A stretch of DNA of 64,000 nucleotides, taken from NCBI RefSeq assembly GCF_009914755.1, contig NC_060935.1, one strand, 5' to 3'. The notes under the pieces are model-generated. The model saw only the letters and a list, made by a program, of their open reading frames with translations. It was not told where the DNA came from and did no database searches. Made by a program: the position numbers and the translations under genes. This document shows, in pieces, positions 25,972 through 64,000 of the stretch (its first letter is position 1; each line of letters opens with the position of its first letter). Source of the DNA: the human T2T-CHM13v2.0 reference genome, Homo sapiens.

Positions 25972-28969
25972 ATAGGAGATTTAATTAGTGCGACCAAGAA
26001 AGGAAATCAATCCGGACTATATGAAAAGGGTGGAAACACCTGGCTTCCTAGGTCAAATCTTACCTCCCTGAGACCTCCATATCTCTCCCCTCTCTAGGTG
26101 AGATTCCCTTCTCCCTTTGTGTCCTCCTAGAACTACTCTGGCCCAGATGATAGTCATGCTATATTTAGAGGTCTTCCTCTTCTAGTCTGGTGTTCAGCAT
26201 AGGGTCTGCTATCACAGAGCATGGCCACACAGATTTTGTATAACTCTGAATTTCCAATGCCTAGGAAAATGAAGTGAAATTAAAAGGCAATGCTATGTAG
26301 TAGAAAGAGAATGAGCTTTGTAGTATGATAGGCCATTTGTCAACTCTATGACCTGGGCAAGTTTCTTAATTTCTGAGACTCCGTATCTATAAATGTGGAT
26401 AAAATCAAACTTTCAGGTCTGTTTTAAAGTCTAGAGAAAATTTTTGTAAAGAATCTATATACACTAGGTCCTCACAAATATAGTCATTATTAATATGAGC
26501 TAATTATTTTGAACAAATATGCTTTGTTATAGGCAAAAATTTACATCAATAAATTTGCAAATTAAAATCCTCATAGACCATGGGTTCCCATTTTAGTTCA
26601 GGGCATTTTTGAATGAATGAATGCCTTCCTATAAGAGAAACAGTGCCAAACATGTGTTCCTCTTTCTAAAAAGGTAAAAAGCCAAAACAAAACAACAAAT
26701 TCCTTCAAGAACAGCGTAAAACCTTTGGGAAGGAGACTATAGTATATTCTACTCTATTATAATTGTAGATATCATATAGTAGAAAGCTAATAGGGTTCAG
26801 ACTCATATAGATCTCGGCTCAAAGGGACACCCAGAAAGGAGGAGGAAAATGAAAAAAGTGTGGGATTATGACAGCAAAGAGACAAGTGTAAATATCAAGA
26901 TGTAAGGCATTGTTAAAATAGTATTATTAACATATGGCACCTTGTTAAAGTTAGGTGCATGCGTTAGCTTTTTTAATCCTTGCAGAGGTAGGTACTCTTG
27001 CTATTCCTGCTTACAGATGGGAAAATTGAATCCCAAAATGCCCCTTGAGTTTTGTAACAAGGAGGTTATTGGTATGAGTTATTTCAGTGGAATTGTGGTG
27101 GCAAAAGTTCTATTGCAGTGGATTGAGGAGGTATAATATAATAGGTGATAGAGTATAGAGGATTGAAGAAGTTTGACTATGAAGATGAAGGGGATTTGGA
27201 GTAAAGGGAATATTTGTAAAAGACTAAGTGAGATTTGGGCACATTTAAGTGCTAATGAGTAGGACTTAGGGGACAGGGAGAAGTTGAAGATCAAGAAGAT
27301 AGATTTCTAATGAATTAAATCCCTTCAGGAACAATTGCTTATGAGATTTAGATCACAGGTAGAGAAATAAGCTATAGAAAAGGGAAGAGAGCGCCCCTCA
27401 TTTGTTACAGGAAAGACAAAGATAAAGATGGACCCACATGCAGGGATACCTGCAGATTTCTAGAAAGGAAGCGGAAGATGTATTCTGTGCCTTGCTTTCC
27501 CTCACCTACCATATTCTCTATGTCCTGGAGAAATTTCAGAGTTCTTTTTTGAAGTTTCCTCAAATCTTTTCCTTTATGCTTTTTAAAAAATTACTATAGG
27601 ACTTGTTTTTGTCAGATTTATCTGTAATCTAGAATATTTTTACCATGTAGTTAAACAAACAACCTTAAAACAGCTGATAGCTCACCAATTACTGTAGGAT
27701 AAAATCCAGATTTACTATATGTTTCGAGACAATTCACCTTCTGTTTAAAAGAAAAACTCTCCCTTCTATATACTTTTATTTCCCCCATCCGTCTTTTTTT
27801 TCCAATCATATTAGCAAGAATTGGGGGAGACATTATGAAAGACTGGAAAGGGCAGGAATTTTAGTGAAAGATCTAAGTTGAGTTCCAGCTGCATCACTTA
27901 CTAGCTCTATCTCTTCAGGCAATTCACCAAAACAGATTAAGAAAACTTGATGGTGCTTGGGAGAGTATGGATTAAGTGATTAATTGGAGCACCCATGCTG
28001 AATAAGAAATTGAATAAGGCCCTTAAGATGGCTGATGAGGGGTAAACGCAGGGCTCAAAAGGATTTGATGATGTTTGAAGAACTGTCACCGAGTAAGGGC
28101 ATGAAACCACTCAGTTAACTGGAAGATATTAGTAAAAAATGGGTTATGGGAGTTTGCAGCTTAAAAGTTTGAGTAGTCATTGACAAAGCCTGGGGTGAGA
28201 GCATTAGAGTAAACTGCCAGAGAGCAGTAAGGTCATGGGAGTTGATGTCAAAGACGTGAGATGAGGATGTTTTTGATGCACTTTAACACTGAACTCACCC
28301 AGACTAACTGTGGTGTTGGGGAAAGTGCATGAAAGGAGCTTGTGTACTACAAAAGACCCTCAGTAATTATATATGTATTTATGACCAGAAATGACATGAC
28401 AAGAAGAGGTAGATGGTGGCATATTCTAATTGCATGTGTTTGTTGAGTAATAATGTGTTGGCAGGGGTGCAATAACAATGTTTTATAGGTTGAGATGTAT
28501 ATTAGATGTTGTTGGGGGATAGAAGGGATGAGGATGGACAGTTAGCAATACTTAGGAGGAGCCAGTTCTGTGCCAGGTGATATATGAACCCTATCTTATT
28601 TGATCCATACTAAAATTAGAGGTTGGCTCTGCTATCCCCACTTAGCAGAAGAGTAAGTTGAGGTTCAAAGAGAGGAATTACCTTTATTTATATAGCTCAT
28701 AAGTGGTAGGACTGGGAACAGATCATAAGAAGATGGAATAAATATACAGTACAGTGGTCTATATCAGAGGAATGCTTTGTGAAAGAAGATATATTACAGA
28801 GGACACTAGGTCAGTACCGAGCCTAATACAGTGGGCTTCTGCAAATGTTTGTTAAATTAATCTATATAAGTATTTCATTTTCAAATCTGTCTTTTTCATG
28901 TGTCCCATTTATTCCATGTGCTTTTGGTTATTTTTTTTCCCCCCACAGAGGCCTGAATATTTGGACAAG

Positions 28970-61691
<32,722 letters not shown>

Positions 61692-61881
61692 TTTGAAGAA
61701 ACTGACATTCCTTTAAAAATATAAATATAAATACATACATACATAGATATATACCCAGACTTGGGTGCTTAGCTTCAGATACTCTATGCCCAGAGATAGT
61801 GCACTTGGCAGCTGTCAGATACCATTCATCTACTTCTCTGTAAAATGTCTGTTCTACTTCACACAGTGGTCGAGAGGCTAA

Positions 61882-61887
61882 AATAAA
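61882..61887 (+). terminator. NLRP14: NLRP14 polyadenylation signal AATAAA (cleavage probably ~61905-61912)
   Basis: First AATAAA after the stop codon, followed ~25 nt later by a GU/U-rich element (gtatgtttttaa). Confidence 0.8.
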
Positions 61888-61952
61888 ATGAAAAGCATAA
61901 AACTCTCTGAAAAGTATGTTTTTAATTGGATACAGAGCTTAAGAATGCAGGT

Positions 61953-62289
<337 letters not shown>

Positions 62290-62789
62290 AGAATGCAGGT
62301 AAGGGAAGCCTGGATATGAGGCTGGAGGATGCGGACAGGGAAGATCAGTTAAAATGCCTTGTTTTTTCCTTACTTCCACTGACATGGCTTAGCTCACAGC
62401 CCTGCTATCTCTGGCACGTTTTATTAAAATGTGTCTCCATATGTGTTCTTGGGATCACCAGTGTCAAGATCACTTGGGTATCCATCTTAAAATGGAGATT
62501 CCTGAACCCCACACTAGACTTACCAAATCAGAATGTCTGCTACCAGCTAGCAACCAGCATTTTTGAGAATTTCCCAGGCAAATTCTTAAGTATACTAATA
62601 GTTGAGAGTCACTAGTTTCAATAGAAATGGGAGTCTACTTCTACAATGAATACTTTCTATAGCTTATTGTAAAGATAAGGAGGATTAATTTCCTTTAAGG
62701 GAATATAAGGTTATTTGGGCTAGAGCTAGAAACAGATTCTTTCATTTGGCAAGAGCGTGACACAATAAATTTTGTGTGTGTGTGTGAAA

Positions 62790-64000
62790 GACTGTTCTGG
62801 TTATTTATTGATCGTGTAACAAACTATCCCAAAACTTGGTGGCTTAAAACAATAATGATTTTATTAAATCTCATAACTTGGATTGGAATTCAGAAAGGGC
62901 CCAGCTGAGCATTTCTTATACTCCACATGGTATTACTTGGGGTCCCTTGGTGGTATTCACCTGGCAGCCAGATTGCTCTGGAGGCCCCAGATAACTTGGA
63001 CACGTCTGCTGCCTTGGCAGGGATGGCTGAAAGGCTGGGATGAGCCAGACCCCTTTTCCTGTTATCAGCCGGAAGTCTAGTGATTCTCAGCAATTTTGAT
63101 CCTTGCCCCCTCAGAGGAAAGAATTCAACTGAGAGGCAGAAGTAGGTTTAAAGCAGAGGCAAAGTTTATTAAAGAAAGCAAAGTACACTTGGAAGAAATC
63201 AAGCAGGCCACCTGAGAGATTCAAGTGTCTCTCTTGATCCTTGGTTTGAGACTTTATACATTGACTCATCTTCCAGGCTCTTCTCCCCTGTTGATCCCTC
63301 CCTTGGGCGGGTTGTTGCTTGATTACCTGTGTGCAGTGGCCTGCCACCACTTGTGAGAGGCCCCGTGCACGGTGTGTTTACTGAAGTTGTATGCATGCTC
63401 CCTTGGGATGATTTTTTCTTACTGGTTGAGCTCCCCCAGAGGAAGGTCATATACAGGTCAAAGTCCACCATCTTGCTCCCCTTTGCACACAGTTGAAACT
63501 TTATCAGGGATTGTGGTTTGCTGACTCCAGGTGTTTTCTATCTGTTGGAGGAGTCCTTTCCTTCCTGGTGGCAGTTGTGGCCACTTATTGTCTCAGAGAG
63601 ATAGTTTTATGCTCACCTGTCCTTCACCTGATGAGAGCCAGACTTCTCTGGGGGCCCTCCCTTGTCCTGTTCATTATCTCAGAGGAAAAGGTTTACGAGT
63701 GCTTGACTATGGCTCAAGAATTGCTTGGCATTCCTGGGGGCCCTCTCTCCTGCCCTGCTCTCATATCTGTCTAACTACCTACTCTAACATTGCTTGTAGT
63801 CTTAGGGCCTCTCCATGTGGTTTCTGCAGTGTGGGGATTCAGGATTTGAAAGGGCCAAGAGGAAGCTGCCATTTATCTTAAAAGCTAGGCCCAGAACTGG
63901 CATAAAGTCACTTCCATAATCCTCCATTAGTGAAAATAGTACAGGCCAGCTCAGATTCTGGGAGAATCAATTGTTGATGGGAGTAGTGTCAAAGAATTTG
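62790..64000. mobile_element. MLT1-type LTR, split by the MER50-like LTR
   Basis: gtaacaaactatcccaaaacttggtggcttaaaacaa; resumes ggcctctccatgtgg...ccagaactggcataaagtcacttcc. Confidence 0.75.
63060..63789 (-). mobile_element. ERV1 solo LTR (MER50/MER4 group)
   Basis: TGTTA...TAACA termini, 730 bp, 4-bp TSD TTCC/TTGC, antisense AATAAA; family from recall. Confidence 0.75.

Noticed and set aside
61692-61910. Cytoplasmic polyadenylation element in the 3'UTR of a maternal mRNA
   Set aside because: No canonical TTTTAT/TTTTAAT before the likely cleavage site; the one at ~61920 is downstream of it.

Overview
This is human genomic DNA (a consensus-matching AluYb8 supports human), and I recognise it as the NLRP14 locus on 11p15. 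The complete + strand NLRP14 coding sequence can be rebuilt from splice sites: 11 coding exons, ATG 28970 to TGA 61691, 3282 nt = 1093 aa (PYD-NACHT-LRR). A CpG-island promoter at ~10.2-11.3 kb probably drives both NLRP14 and, head-to-head, ZNF214; that neighbour is recalled, and no ZNF214 coding sequence is in the window. The rest is mostly interspersed repeats (L1, L2, Alu, MaLR/ERV LTRs, DNA transposon relics). I found no new gene system. The most interesting signals are: (1) a short L1 insertion carrying a perfect 51-bp fold-back copy of its own flank; (2) several further locally templated direct and inverted duplications; (3) a strong-Kozak overlapping uORF in putative exon 1, paired with an E-box-rich candidate alternative promoter in intron 1; (4) a candidate in-frame alternative last exon giving an LRR-less NLRP14; (5) a pristine AluYb8 just past the poly(A) signal; (6) a candidate GC-AG first intron for the antisense gene. 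Repeat family names and variant identities are from memory, not database searches.
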